Source of the DNA: a virus
IMG/VR virus record: IMGVR_UViG_3300020200_000015
Coordinates: 18,961-82,960 of that record
Length of the DNA stretch: 64,000 nt
Strand: one strand, 5' to 3'
A program made the position numbers and the translations under genes. Positions 37,138 through 47,529 of this stretch are shown piece by piece (the first letter of the stretch is position 1; each line of letters starts with the position of its first letter). The notes under the pieces were generated by a model that made no database searches, was not told where the DNA came from, and worked only from the letters and a program-made list of their open reading frames with translations.

Positions 37138-38520
37138 TCAGCCTCTCTTGTTGAGTGCTTCGAGAATCAGGTCTTTAAACTGGATGGCGACTACATCCCA
37201 AGTCGGGGCGTAATCGTTCGCCGCTGCATCTTTCCTCATCTGTGCCGCATACTCTTTGTCAACAAACACCTTGTTGATCTTATCAGCAGCATCACCAATA
37301 TCAGCGTTCGCCCACTCGTTCTCCCAAGTGACGAACATGTCGTAGTCGCGGACGGCAACCGTGGAGCCGCCACCCTTAGAAACAAGTTCAGGCATCGAGC
37401 TGTAGTCGGTGACGAGAGTCGGCACGCCGCACGACAGCGTTTCTACAATCGGCAGTCCAAAGCCTTCGCTGTGCGACAAGAAGCAGTGGACATCGAAGCA
37501 GTTCATGATCTGAGCGAGCGCTGCGCGAGGCAAACCGTGCAGAGCCTTGTAACCAGGCGTGATGGCAACGCGACCGTTCAGATCGAGACGATAGAAGATC
37601 TCATCGATTCTCCAGCCAATGCCGGGTCTATCGTGCACATCGGCACCATCGCCGCGTGTCGTGTGCAGATAGATGATTGACTTCTCAGTCTCTTCGCGCT
37701 GCTGGAACGCCGGGCACACATCGCAGCGGAAGCACTGCTTATCGCGGCAGAACTCATTTGCCGTCATCGTTTGCGCGATTTCACCCGTCTTGGGGTCGCT
37801 AATGTTGACCTCTTGGCGTTCGACCCAAGTCTTGCAGTTGAACGCCTTGAAAGCCTTTGCAACACGGGGAATGCCCTTACGGACCTGATTTCGACCAACG
37901 AAGCCGACGATGAACTTATCGGCAAACTCCTTGCCGAGAGTCATGCCTTTACGCTTAGTCATCAGCTCATCGTGATCAGTATTCTCATTTGTGCCTTCCG
38001 GATACCATGGGCGGAAGGTCACCTTGTCAACACCATGCAAAATCAGTCGCGGCGCACGGAACGGCACTTGCTGTTCGACAATTTCTTGACCGAACTTGCT
38101 GAAGGTCACAAGGCAGTCCGGCTTGCGCAATGATGATTGCCACGGGATTGAGATAACGTCACGGTCAATCGGCACGTAAGCAAGCCACATGAAGCTATCA
38201 CGCGCCCTGCAAACAGCCACATGGTCAGTCATCCACGGGTCGCCAAGCGTCAGAACCACCTTTGGCTTGACATTGTCAATGATAGCATTGAAGCTATTCT
38301 TGCCGAACTGGTCCTCGCCAGTCCAAAACTGCGTTGTGTGCAGATGAATGCCCATCGAGCGGGCTTGCTCAAGGTGATTTGGGTTGGCGTGCCACCCAAG
38401 ATAGTGCACCTCGAAAGTGTCCATCGAAGCGAGCCTAGCGCAAAGCTCACGACCGACAGTACCAAAGCCGGTGTCACCCCAATCGGACATGAACAGAATC
38501 TTGATTTTGTTATGAGTCAT
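37138..38520 (-). CDS. Glycosyltransferase family 4 (GT-B fold) with a Cys-rich insertion
   Basis: TGFG, HGVD, GFVGRNQVRKG and SEGFGLPIVETLSCGVP. Confidence 0.9.
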   Translation of the reverse strand: MTHNKIKILFMSDWGDTGFGTVGRELCARLASMDTFEVHYLGWHANPNHLEQARSMGIHLHTTQFWTGEDQFGKNSFNAIIDNVKPKVVLTLGDPWMTDHVAVCRARDSFMWLAYVPIDRDVISIPWQSSLRKPDCLVTFSKFGQEIVEQQVPFRAPRLILHGVDKVTFRPWYPEGTNENTDHDELMTKRKGMTLGKEFADKFIVGFVGRNQVRKGIPRVAKAFKAFNCKTWVERQEVNISDPKTGEIAQTMTANEFCRDKQCFRCDVCPAFQQREETEKSIIYLHTTRGDGADVHDRPGIGWRIDEIFYRLDLNGRVAITPGYKALHGLPRAALAQIMNCFDVHCFLSHSEGFGLPIVETLSCGVPTLVTDYSSMPELVSKGGGSTVAVRDYDMFVTWENEWANADIGDAADKINKVFVDKEYAAQMRKDAAANDYAPTWDVVAIQFKDLILEALNKRG

Positions 38521-38594
38521 TTTCGTTCTAGCTTTTACTGATAGTGACTACCATTCAAGCATAGCTATTAGAAGCACTTCATAATGAAGCTACG

Positions 38595-38639
38595 AAAACA
38601 AACCAGCCCCGCCGTGTGTGGTTTGACGGCAGGGCTGGC
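38595..38639 (-). terminator. Intrinsic terminator after the major capsid gene
   Basis: Stem CCAGCCCCGCCGT/ACGGCAGGGCTGG followed by a U-rich tail on the minus strand. Confidence 0.7.
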
Positions 38640-38655
38640 TCTTCTAACTACGGTA

Positions 38656-39657
38656 TCAGAAATCGCTCACCGACACAACGGTCGTCGGGATGCTCGACAA
38701 GCCCCTGATCACAGCAGCCTCACCGACGAGGACGCCACGACGGAACTTGCCAACCATCACCTCCGCATCATGCAGCAGATCCTGGAAGTTACCCAGGCTC
38801 AGCGGCAAGCGGTTCGTGCTGATGAGGCGCTTCTTGGACTCGATCATGTAGGCCGTGCCAGACGGGATGTACTCCGTCACGATCAGCCTCATGCGGCCAG
38901 TCACCTCGTTGCGCGCAGCGCTACCGACACCAAAGTCGCCCGGCGTGGTCATGGCCAGCTTGGCGAGAGGCTCACACTCCGGCGGGACCAGCAGGACGTC
39001 AGGACGGTGACGGTTGCGGCGCATGGTCGTTGAAGCTTCATTCAACGTGTTGATCATCTTCGCCACGTTTGACGTACCCGTGCCGCTGAAGCTAGTCGTG
39101 CCACTGAGGCCAGAGCTGACCGACGCCAAGATAGCGCCATAGTGAATGGCGGCCATCTTGTCATTCGCAGCCGAACGGAAGTCCTCCGTCACCATCTCGA
39201 TCAGGCCCATCTGGCCATCGGTGAACCACTCGTTCGAGTAGCCGATAGCAGCGCCGTACTTGACGTGACGAACGTACTTCTCAGCCGACGTGACTCGGTT
39301 GAACTTGATCTCGCCGTTCTCACCAACCTCGGTGAACATGATGCCGTAAGCACCAGCCGAGGCCGCATCCTCAGCGGCGTTGAACGTAGCCGGCTCGTTA
39401 GCGCCTGAAAGCTGCGTCACCACCTGTGAGGGGCGGAAGGGGAACAGTTCACCATGACCACGGCCAGGGATCACGCGGAAGATGTCCTGCCAACCGATGT
39501 CGGCAGAGTTATCGTTCTGCATGAAGAACTCATTGACCGCAGTCGTGAAGAACTGCTTGGTGTCGGAAGTCGCGATGATTTCCTGCACCTGACCATCTTC
39601 CTCAATGACCATCTGGCCATTGCGGAAGTTGACATTATCCTTGAAAAGCTTGCCCAT
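38656..39657 (-). CDS. Major capsid protein (HK97 fold)
   Basis: EVGENGE, KYGAAIGYS and PDVLLVPP; strong codon bias; follows the scaffold and decoration genes. Confidence 0.85.
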   Translation of the reverse strand: MGKLFKDNVNFRNGQMVIEEDGQVQEIIATSDTKQFFTTAVNEFFMQNDNSADIGWQDIFRVIPGRGHGELFPFRPSQVVTQLSGANEPATFNAAEDAASAGAYGIMFTEVGENGEIKFNRVTSAEKYVRHVKYGAAIGYSNEWFTDGQMGLIEMVTEDFRSAANDKMAAIHYGAILASVSSGLSGTTSFSGTGTSNVAKMINTLNEASTTMRRNRHRPDVLLVPPECEPLAKLAMTTPGDFGVGSAARNEVTGRMRLIVTEYIPSGTAYMIESKKRLISTNRLPLSLGNFQDLLHDAEVMVGKFRRGVLVGEAAVIRGLSSIPTTVVSVSDF

Positions 39658-39680
39658 CTGAGTTGTCCTCTTTTGTTAGA

Positions 39681-40214
39681 TCACGCCAGCGTCGCGGGGG
39701 CGATCGCAGCCAGACCGTGCAGCGGCAAGCCGGTGAGCTTGACGTCAACCACGTTCATTCCAGTGAAGGGGACCGTGGTGGCCGTGTAGTTACCGCCAAC
39801 CGCGAACCCGACAAGAGCGCCACTGATGGCACCCATCCAAACATCGCCGATGACGTTATCGGTGACGCCCGAGGCCACGTTGCTCGTGAACTGCGCCCAA
39901 AGCGGGTCGCCATCAACGACAAGCGTACCGGAAGCAGGCAGGCGGAAGGTAAACACGCCCGCGATGGTCATGTCACCCTTGCCGGTGCCCGTCTGTGACT
40001 CAGCTGCAACGCCGTCGCCGATCTGAATCGGACGACCGTCCAGCGTAGTCAGTTGGACCGTTGAACCAGTGATGTCATCCTCGACAACACCGATCCAGGC
40101 TCTGCCGGTCGCCGCGCTACCCGTGCGACGGTAGAGGCTACCGCCCACGATTGTACCACTCGTCACGCCACTGATCGTGATCGAGTTACCCTGCTGACGA
40201 AAGTTCTTAGCCAT
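39681..40214 (-). CDS. Capsid decoration/cement protein (DUF2190-like)
   Basis: MAKNFRQQG N-terminus and GVF.F motif; immediately upstream of the capsid gene. Confidence 0.7.
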   Translation of the reverse strand: MAKNFRQQGNSITISGVTSGTIVGGSLYRRTGSAATGRAWIGVVEDDITGSTVQLTTLDGRPIQIGDGVAAESQTGTGKGDMTIAGVFTFRLPASGTLVVDGDPLWAQFTSNVASGVTDNVIGDVWMGAISGALVGFAVGGNYTATTVPFTGMNVVDVKLTGLPLHGLAAIAPATLA

Positions 40215-40235
40215 TTGATGTTTCTCCTACTGTGA

Positions 40236-41474
40236 TCAGTTGCCAGCACGCTTGGCGCGTGCATCAACGATGCTTGAAGCCAAAATGGTATCAAGCTTCG
40301 CGCCACCCTTACGAGCGGGCGGGTTATCGGTGTGTGTGCGACGAGCGGCAGTGGCGCGCTCGCCACCGACCATCTCAGCCAGTTCGGCGATCTCGGCGTA
40401 AGCGGCACCCATGCCGTCACTCAAAGCCGCCTTGCTCTTCTCCAGGTCGCCCTCGACAACCTTAATAGTGACGCGCTTCATAGCGACATCAACCAGTTTG
40501 GCGTCATTGCCGGGCTTGGCCTTCATCTCAACAACCTGCTCGGCCATGTAAACCTTCAGGTCGCCTTCGATTCGAGCGTTACGCTCGTCTTCGAAACGCC
40601 TCTGCCATGAAGTTGACTCGTCCTTAGCGGACTGAACAGCAGCCTGCATCTCAGCGACCTCAGCAGCCATCGCCGCCTTCTCATCCTTGAACTTTTCGCG
40701 CTCCCGCACCAGTTCACGAGTCGAATTCGCGATCTCCTGAATCTCAGTCGCCGACTGCTCACCAACAAGAGCCATAATTTCGGTCTTGTATTCGGCGAGC
40801 AGCTCTTCCTTGGTGAGCTTCTTAGTCATCGTGTCCTCAGTTATGGTTTCAGTTCCAATTGTGGTAACTACCATCTCAGATACAATAGCTGTCACTCCAG
40901 CGTGAACTAGACCGCCTGCACCCGGATTGCAGAAATCCACACTCTTCAAAGGCTTCACAAGATGGGTAACGTTTCGGGTAGTCTCAGTACCCGTTCTAGT
41001 CATCCTGGCAGTGCCAAGGATTGAAACGCTACCAGCCATCTTCTTCTTGATGTCATTACGCAGCTTGCCATCTGCATTAGAGATGTAAGCCTTTCCAATG
41101 GCGGCGAGTACTTTCTTGCCTTCGACGTCAATTACCTGCTCTCTAGCAGCGATGATTCTACCGACAGGTTCGCGGTACTTCCAGCTCTGCGTACCAGGCT
41201 CTTCATGGCCCTTGTACATGTTCACGCCTACCATGGCGTCAACGCACGACTTGACAGCCGGTGCGGTGTAGATTCTATCGTTGTTGCTCAAGCCTTCATA
41301 GAGGCCGACAAACTCAACAAAGAATGGATTCTCGTCGTCCTTAGTCATCTCTTGGACAACGTCATCGTTGAGCGCAATAACACCATCAGACGTCTTCCAC
41401 ACATCTTTGTCAGTGATCTCACTGACATTGTGCGAAAGAAGCTCGAAACCGATATTCTGCTCTGTTGAACTCAT
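40236..41474 (-). CDS. Prohead protease/scaffold protein
   Basis: SNN.RIY, KGH, SVSI and SVDF.NPGAGG, followed by a coiled-coil scaffold. Confidence 0.75.
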   Translation of the reverse strand: MSSTEQNIGFELLSHNVSEITDKDVWKTSDGVIALNDDVVQEMTKDDENPFFVEFVGLYEGLSNNDRIYTAPAVKSCVDAMVGVNMYKGHEEPGTQSWKYREPVGRIIAAREQVIDVEGKKVLAAIGKAYISNADGKLRNDIKKKMAGSVSILGTARMTRTGTETTRNVTHLVKPLKSVDFCNPGAGGLVHAGVTAIVSEMVVTTIGTETITEDTMTKKLTKEELLAEYKTEIMALVGEQSATEIQEIANSTRELVREREKFKDEKAAMAAEVAEMQAAVQSAKDESTSWQRRFEDERNARIEGDLKVYMAEQVVEMKAKPGNDAKLVDVAMKRVTIKVVEGDLEKSKAALSDGMGAAYAEIAELAEMVGGERATAARRTHTDNPPARKGGAKLDTILASSIVDARAKRAGN

Positions 41475-41941
41475 ATCTCGTTCGCGTTCTTTAGGTGTTC
41501 GCGCTCATCGCGGTAAATCCTATTATCAAAAACAATCGGATAGAATCTTCCTGGACTCCTAAGCATGATGGCCACTTTCGCCATCTTCACAGGATCCCTC
41601 GTTCCCAGATACTGATTGCACATTTCTTGAAGATTGGAATTAGGAGTCATAAAGCCATTGCAGATTTTCACAGTCTTCGAAATGACGCTATTCAGCTCAA
41701 TATGCTTCTGACGCCAACTCAGCAAGAAATCTTCTGTTCCGCACAGATCGCCAGCTTTTTCGCACTCTTTATTGAAGTGCTTCTCGAAATACTTATAATC
41801 GAAGATGTATCTCGACCTAGCATCCTTGTGATAGGCCGAGTACATTCCGATCAACTGCCAAGCTGAGTAGATATTCTCCCGATGGAAGTGAAAGCACATG
41901 TAGTGCTCGCGGTATAGCTTACCGCCAATTCTAAACATCAA
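41471..41941 (-). CDS. Hypothetical protein
   Basis: Overlaps both neighbours by 4 nt. Confidence 0.55.
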   Translation of the reverse strand: MMFRIGGKLYREHYMCFHFHRENIYSAWQLIGMYSAYHKDARSRYIFDYKYFEKHFNKECEKAGDLCGTEDFLLSWRQKHIELNSVISKTVKICNGFMTPNSNLQEMCNQYLGTRDPVKMAKVAIMLRSPGRFYPIVFDNRIYRDEREHLKNANEI

Positions 41942-43506
41942 CTGGAACGACTCCCGCCTGTTTCACGGCTTCTATCGCGCCGAGGGCGTATTTCAACGTC
42001 GCCAGCTCTTGATTCACGCTCGCTCGCCGCTGTAGCAGCGTTTGCAAGCGCAGTTTCAGACTTCGATGCCTCATCTGGCGTAGGTTCGGTGGGATCGAGC
42101 ACCATACCGACATCGACCTTCTTTTGCATGATCTCTGACTGCTTCTGAATGTCACGATCCATCTCATCGAGCTGACGATCGTAGTTCAAGTTCAATCTAG
42201 CAGCAGCAGTGCGCGGCGACAAGTAGCCGCCTTCGAGTCCGAGCTTGTTGGTTTGCGCAACCTCAAGATCCTTGTCCTGCGAGATGGTGGGGAACTCAAC
42301 TCTGCCAGTGAAGGGCTTTGCATCCCCTTCGTCGTCGGTTTCAATGGTCAAACCAGAGTTGATGCCATACTTTGACTTGACGGTCAGTACAAACTGGAAG
42401 ACCATCATCATATAGTGCGCCCACAGGTCTTGCCGGTCTTCAAACTTCTTGATGACAGGCAATTGCTGCGTCTTCGATGTCGCAAGGTTGCTATTGCTGC
42501 CGTCAGCAAGCATGAACTCTGCGAAATTGACGCCAGCGGCAATAATCAGCAAGATGGCACGACGAGCCTCTTCGTTATGCGACGCCGGCCCCTTGAACTC
42601 AAGAATCTTCCACTCCTCGCGGTCATTGTGGACAGGATTCGAGCCAATCGACCACCCACGGTAGCGCGAAATGGCTGCCGACACTTCATCTGGCGTACCG
42701 TCCTTGATACTGATGTCAAAGCACGGTGAACGATACAGCTTGTTGATGACAACGCCGTCGCGCAGGAACTCTTGGTAGTTGTCCAACCACTCTTTGATGG
42801 GAATCAAGTCAGATTGGCCGAAAACGTCCATATTGCCCGAATTCAGCTTAATTTGAACGACGCAGCCGGTTTCATCGGCATCGCTTTCGTAGTCATACTT
42901 CGAGATATCCGGGATTGTGCGGGTGCGCTGTTTATAGTCACCCTCGGAGTACTCAAAAATGTAGTTGTAGATGTCACCAACGTCCTCTTCAGCAGTCTCA
43001 ATGTTACTGATGTTCTGTGGCGGGATGAAAGTGACTTGAGTGTCACCCGGTCGCCAGATAACACGGTTTCCGATCTTGGTCTCAGCCTTCTTCGGCCTCA
43101 GCCACATGTAGACTTCGCCGAATGCACTCAATTCATCTGATGCAGAACGCAGCCTCACTTCAAGCTTGTTCTTTTTGAAGAACTTAACTGCGTAGTACTG
43201 AGCCACTTTATCATCGAACTCAAAGATGAGTCCGCGACCAAGGGTAAAGTACGAACTTGTGTGGATGATGTTGCCGCCAAGCGGGTCGAACTTCCAAAGA
43301 CGGTATGCCTCATCTAGAAGCTGCTGACGGTTGGCTTCAGGCAGCTTGAACGGCTGCAAACCGACGTTGATCATCAGTGGGGTCGTGTTGAACGATCCCC
43401 CAGAATTGACCCACACCTCTTGCACAGGAGCGTCTTTATCAACGATCAAAGGATTACCCTTGGGATCTTCGACAAGCACCTTATTTGTTTTCGTGAGCTT
43501 GGTCAT
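41938..43506 (-). CDS. Portal protein
   Basis: 522 aa directly after TerL; FGEVY, FGQSDL, SNLATS and VEFP motifs. Confidence 0.85.
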   Translation of the reverse strand: MTKLTKTNKVLVEDPKGNPLIVDKDAPVQEVWVNSGGSFNTTPLMINVGLQPFKLPEANRQQLLDEAYRLWKFDPLGGNIIHTSSYFTLGRGLIFEFDDKVAQYYAVKFFKKNKLEVRLRSASDELSAFGEVYMWLRPKKAETKIGNRVIWRPGDTQVTFIPPQNISNIETAEEDVGDIYNYIFEYSEGDYKQRTRTIPDISKYDYESDADETGCVVQIKLNSGNMDVFGQSDLIPIKEWLDNYQEFLRDGVVINKLYRSPCFDISIKDGTPDEVSAAISRYRGWSIGSNPVHNDREEWKILEFKGPASHNEEARRAILLIIAAGVNFAEFMLADGSNSNLATSKTQQLPVIKKFEDRQDLWAHYMMMVFQFVLTVKSKYGINSGLTIETDDEGDAKPFTGRVEFPTISQDKDLEVAQTNKLGLEGGYLSPRTAAARLNLNYDRQLDEMDRDIQKQSEIMQKKVDVGMVLDPTEPTPDEASKSETALANAATAASERESRAGDVEIRPRRDRSRETGGSRSS

Positions 43507-43507
43507 T

Positions 43508-45163
43508 TTAGTCTTTCAGCAAGTCGTAGATTCCCTTCAGCGAATCTGGTTTGTTGTACTTTCTAGAGTCGTACAAGAACTTGGGACCAAGCTTCTCGAA
43601 CGACTTGCGGTCGGCGATACCCATTTGAGGCACCCAACCGCCCGCCGGTAGTATGATACCTTGAATCTCTTCTTGAGCCCAGACTGATGCAATACAACTA
43701 TCGACAACGTCATCGCCCAACTTGTTGTTGAGCATCGAATACTTGTTGTAGCCGCCAGGAATTCGTTCAGCTTTGATATTGCCGAACTGGCTTAACATCT
43801 TCTGCACAATCGTGTAGCGGCTGTCATCATCGACAATCGCCGGGTAGCGAAACATGCACCCATACACGTACTTCTGCATTCTCTCATGCATCAAGTGCTT
43901 TTGCGGGCCTGTGAAGCGCAGCGGCTTTATGTACCAATCATCCCAGCCGTCTTTGCCTTGCTTATTCTCATACCTACGTACATCGATCCTAGTCAGACCG
44001 TTATCGTGCAGCGCTCGATTGAGATCATACAAAAATGCGGTGTCGAAGGCGTCGCCAAACCCGCCAACTGGTCTGAAAAATGCAATCAACCTCACCAAAT
44101 CGGTGATAATGGTCTCAGGACGCGAATTAGCACCCCACTCTTGTGAGTGGAGCCAAAACACCTGATTGTTAATTTTCTCTGTGAACGTAACAGACCATGA
44201 CGACGCATCCTCTCCGGAACCTGCGCCAGCGCAGTCGATGCCAATGGTCACATCACCTCTTGCCTGGTATGTGATCTTCGGATCGAGAACTATATCGATC
44301 GGAGTGTACTCGTTGTCGGCGCAGTTACGCAGCCATCTATCGGGGTAAAACGAGCTTGATTCAACGTACAGCACCAAGTAGGTTCTTGCGAACTGGTGCG
44401 GCGTTGACATTGCCTGGAACAACTTGATGTCGTTCTCAGGAATGATGCCCATTGCAACGCCATGCCAAGCGTTGAACTTGGGCAGCACATTGAACCTCAG
44501 CTTGACGCTACCGTTGATTTCCTCTGGGTGCTCAATCTTGTAGATGTTGCCGATGCCTTTGATTGTGCCCGTGATAACGCGCAGGCAGGCACTATGGCAT
44601 CCATAATCATGCTGATCTTTGATTTGCGAGCCAGTCGGGTAGATGCGGGTTAGGAACGACTCCCAATCTATATCATCGAACTCTTCAAGCCATTGGTGCG
44701 TTGCGCCCAGACCGTCAACTGATGACGCCTGACCTTTGGCTTGAATCAGGCTTCGATTCATGAATTCGATGTGCTCCTTGCCGATACCGTCGCCGAGGCG
44801 TTCATCAAGGTATGCGAGGGCAATCTCTGAATTCATCACCATATCGTTCATGTAGCGCAGGTTGCGCTTGCTCTGCTCAATGGCAGGGCTATGAACGTTG
44901 ACTTCGCTGTATGGCAGGCACATTGCCTCCTCAAGAAAGTAAGCCGAAACTGTGAACGACTTACGAATACGGCGGCTTCCAATCAGCATGTGGCTATCAC
45001 CCTTCTCGTCCATCTCATTCATCCAATGGACTTGGTGCGGGTTCAAGTTGATGCCGGTGATATGCTTGTGCCAGAGGTAGTGATCGCCTCTGAACTTCAT
45101 GATTTCACGTTCAACCGTCTTGCGGAAGTTGCCCGTGACATTCTTTCCAAGCCGTACTCTCAT
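43508..45163 (-). CDS. Terminase large subunit
   Basis: PHQ, Walker A-like SRRIRKS, WLEE, ITGT, nuclease GID and DDVVDS. Confidence 0.85.
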   Translation of the reverse strand: MRVRLGKNVTGNFRKTVEREIMKFRGDHYLWHKHITGINLNPHQVHWMNEMDEKGDSHMLIGSRRIRKSFTVSAYFLEEAMCLPYSEVNVHSPAIEQSKRNLRYMNDMVMNSEIALAYLDERLGDGIGKEHIEFMNRSLIQAKGQASSVDGLGATHQWLEEFDDIDWESFLTRIYPTGSQIKDQHDYGCHSACLRVITGTIKGIGNIYKIEHPEEINGSVKLRFNVLPKFNAWHGVAMGIIPENDIKLFQAMSTPHQFARTYLVLYVESSSFYPDRWLRNCADNEYTPIDIVLDPKITYQARGDVTIGIDCAGAGSGEDASSWSVTFTEKINNQVFWLHSQEWGANSRPETIITDLVRLIAFFRPVGGFGDAFDTAFLYDLNRALHDNGLTRIDVRRYENKQGKDGWDDWYIKPLRFTGPQKHLMHERMQKYVYGCMFRYPAIVDDDSRYTIVQKMLSQFGNIKAERIPGGYNKYSMLNNKLGDDVVDSCIASVWAQEEIQGIILPAGGWVPQMGIADRKSFEKLGPKFLYDSRKYNKPDSLKGIYDLLKD

Positions 45164-45606
45164 ACCTTCTTAGGCTGTGTCGGGATGTGGCTGATGCGCT
45201 TTGGCTGCGCTGGTTGCTTTGGCGGCTCAGGCTTTGGCTGTTCGACAGGCTTTGCAGCAGCGTCCGCTTGCCGTGCAGCCTTCTGCTCCCACGTTTGGTT
45301 GCTATCTAGCTGACCTGGGCGTGCCGATGGTGTTATCTGGGCCATCGGCGGCGGTGCGCCTGGTCTAGCGCCCTGCATCTTTTTAGTCTTCGGCGCAAAG
45401 AATGCATTGTACTGCTCAAGGTTAACCATAGCAGCTCGGCGGTGCTCAGAGCAGAGCCAAGCCTGCTGTTTTTCATCTGAGCTAAAGAGCTGAATAGTTG
45501 CCCGCTTAGAGCAGTTCTCCCAATGACAGTTGATGTGTGGCTCAGTCATCGCGTAGAATCTTGCCAATTCTGATAGCAATCTCTTCGATTGATGGCGACT
45601 TGCCAA
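45160..45606 (-). CDS. Hypothetical protein (Zn-finger-like N-terminus, Pro-rich tail)
   Basis: CHWENC...CSEH. Confidence 0.5.
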   Translation of the reverse strand: MASRHQSKRLLSELARFYAMTEPHINCHWENCSKRATIQLFSSDEKQQAWLCSEHRRAAMVNLEQYNAFFAPKTKKMQGARPGAPPPMAQITPSARPGQLDSNQTWEQKAARQADAAAKPVEQPKPEPPKQPAQPKRISHIPTQPKKV

Positions 45607-46093
45607 GTTCTCCAGCTACCGACTTCTCAGCATCGGGAAGCTCATCGAAGAGCAGCTCAGACCTAAAGCCCAGAGAACGCTGGTCGTCCAACGTCCGCTT
45701 CTTGATAAGCTTGCTCAGCTCATCAGGTCGGATCTTCAGCTTCAACAGGGTTCTTGAGTGGTTGTTCTCAATGCCCATGTTGTGCACCCAGCCGTTGAAC
45801 TCGCCCTTCATCTCATCCAGCGGTGCGAATGTGACTTCGCGATGCACGCGCTCAGCCTGGATGCTTTTGTCGCTGCTACTCTTATCAGAGATATACGGTC
45901 TACGTGTATACCGAAAATAGATCTTGCCGATGCCTCTAAGAACGAACGGCAGCTCATTGCGCAGCGCGTTCTTGATCATCCTAGCATAGCAGTTGAGGAT
46001 CTCCTCAACTACTTCTTTCGTGATACCAGTTTCACGCGCAATGTGCGTGATGCTAGCAAACGTGCTAGTCGGGATATCGTTTGACGTCATCAC
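45542..46093 (-). CDS. HU/IHF-like DNA-binding protein
   Basis: IARETGITKEVVEEIL...L.GIGK...V.FAP...K. Confidence 0.7.
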   Translation of the reverse strand: MMTSNDIPTSTFASITHIARETGITKEVVEEILNCYARMIKNALRNELPFVLRGIGKIYFRYTRRPYISDKSSSDKSIQAERVHREVTFAPLDEMKGEFNGWVHNMGIENNHSRTLLKLKIRPDELSKLIKKRTLDDQRSLGFRSELLFDELPDAEKSVAGELGKSPSIEEIAIRIGKILRDD

Positions 46094-46128
46094 CCATTAG
46101 TATGAGTATGACATCAAATGAATAGATG

Positions 46129-46800
46129 CTAGTTGACTATCTCGCCGCTCTTCAACAGCTCTTGGTACACAGGATCGTTAAGAGTCATCTGCGTACCGGC
46201 GTTAACAGCATCGAGGAACTTGTCCTCGATCTTCTTTCTATCGGCCATAACCTGCTCAATGGTAGCAGGGTTCTCGACAATGATGTGACCACTTACGCTG
46301 CGCTTCTCATCAGCACTCTTGGGAGTGAGCTTAAAGTCGCCGAGATTGATTCCAACTGACCGCGCAAGCTGGATGCAGCGCTGAATCAGAGGATGGTCGC
46401 TCTTACGCATGGCGACCACCATATCACGCCTCGTACCGTGCTCAGGACGCCAGTTGGGATCAGGAATCCAAATGGGCTGGCCTTTGGCGTCGAGCATCGG
46501 CTCTTCGATCGTCACACCCTCGATGTTGACCTGCTCAAGCATACGCCTGATTTGCATGATCAACATCGCGGTGACTTCAGAGGCGTCCTTCTTGACAAAG
46601 TCAAGGTCGCCGGTCGCAAAAGCGTCGGCGTAGTTCTTCAGGTGCATCATGTCGTGCAGACACGATTCACCAAACACCACCTTCTGCTGTTCGTAGTACG
46701 TGCAGCCAGTACCGCCATTCTTGAAGAAGTAGCAGTCTTTGTTGCACTTGCGAACGGCATTAAGGCCGAGCGCGTCCTTCTCTTTACGGTTCAGCCTCAC
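46129..46800 (-). CDS. Putative terminase small subunit
   Basis: EGVTI...HPLI...F.LTPKS pattern (P27-like); upstream of TerL. Confidence 0.55.
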   Translation of the reverse strand: MRLNRKEKDALGLNAVRKCNKDCYFFKNGGTGCTYYEQQKVVFGESCLHDMMHLKNYADAFATGDLDFVKKDASEVTAMLIMQIRRMLEQVNIEGVTIEEPMLDAKGQPIWIPDPNWRPEHGTRRDMVVAMRKSDHPLIQRCIQLARSVGINLGDFKLTPKSADEKRSVSGHIIVENPATIEQVMADRKKIEDKFLDAVNAGTQMTLNDPVYQELLKSGEIVN

Positions 46801-47051
46801 TTCATTTGCCCCTTGAGTTGGTCTGCCTGCTCTTGGCTGATACGGAGCCTCTCATAGATGGCAAGAGCGAAGACGGCTGACGAAACAGGGTTGTCGAAGA
46901 CATCCGAGTTCGCCAGTGCAGTTGCGATCAGAGCGACAACGTTCGGCTCTGCCCTAGCAAAGTCAGAAACGATCTGCAAGACGTGAGGGTTTTCCTTCGC
47001 CTGCGCAGATATCTGACTGATGAAGGCCGTCGTTGTTTCGATCGAAATCAT
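46797..47051 (-). CDS. Hypothetical protein
   Basis: Overlaps both neighbours. Confidence 0.5.
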   Translation of the reverse strand: MISIETTTAFISQISAQAKENPHVLQIVSDFARAEPNVVALIATALANSDVFDNPVSSAVFALAIYERLRISQEQADQLKGQMK

Positions 47052-47500
47052 TTCCTCAGCGGCAGGTTAATGATTTTACCATCCATCGTCTTGCTGCCAA
47101 CAGCAGCAGGACGAATGTTAGTCATGAATGGCTCTTCGGCCCTCTTGGCTTGCGGGGGCGCTGACGCCTGGATTGGAGCGGGCGTTTGATTGCCGCTAAC
47201 AATGCCCATGTTAGAAGCATGGGCATACATCTGCTTGAAGTTGACAACCGTTTGAAGCTCACGCATCTTGCGATGCATCGTAGCCGCCTCGCGGAGCGCT
47301 TCGTAATGTGCCCTACCAATTTGCTCAATCATTGTAACCTCATCGTTATTGATTCTCACAATCGACTCCGGGATATCGGAATCGAACGATTCGAGGTTGC
47401 CACTAACGAAGGAATCACCATTCTTGATAACAACAACGCTATTGCCATTCTTGAAGTGGATGATATAGAAGCCGTCAACGCCAAGTGGAGGGTTGGTCAT
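47048..47500 (-). CDS. Hypothetical protein
   Basis: Minus-strand ORF within the operon. Confidence 0.55.
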   Translation of the reverse strand: MTNPPLGVDGFYIIHFKNGNSVVVIKNGDSFVSGNLESFDSDIPESIVRINNDEVTMIEQIGRAHYEALREAATMHRKMRELQTVVNFKQMYAHASNMGIVSGNQTPAPIQASAPPQAKRAEEPFMTNIRPAAVGSKTMDGKIINLPLRK

Positions 47501-47529
47501 GCATGACCTATACTGCTAGATGGTCTTAT

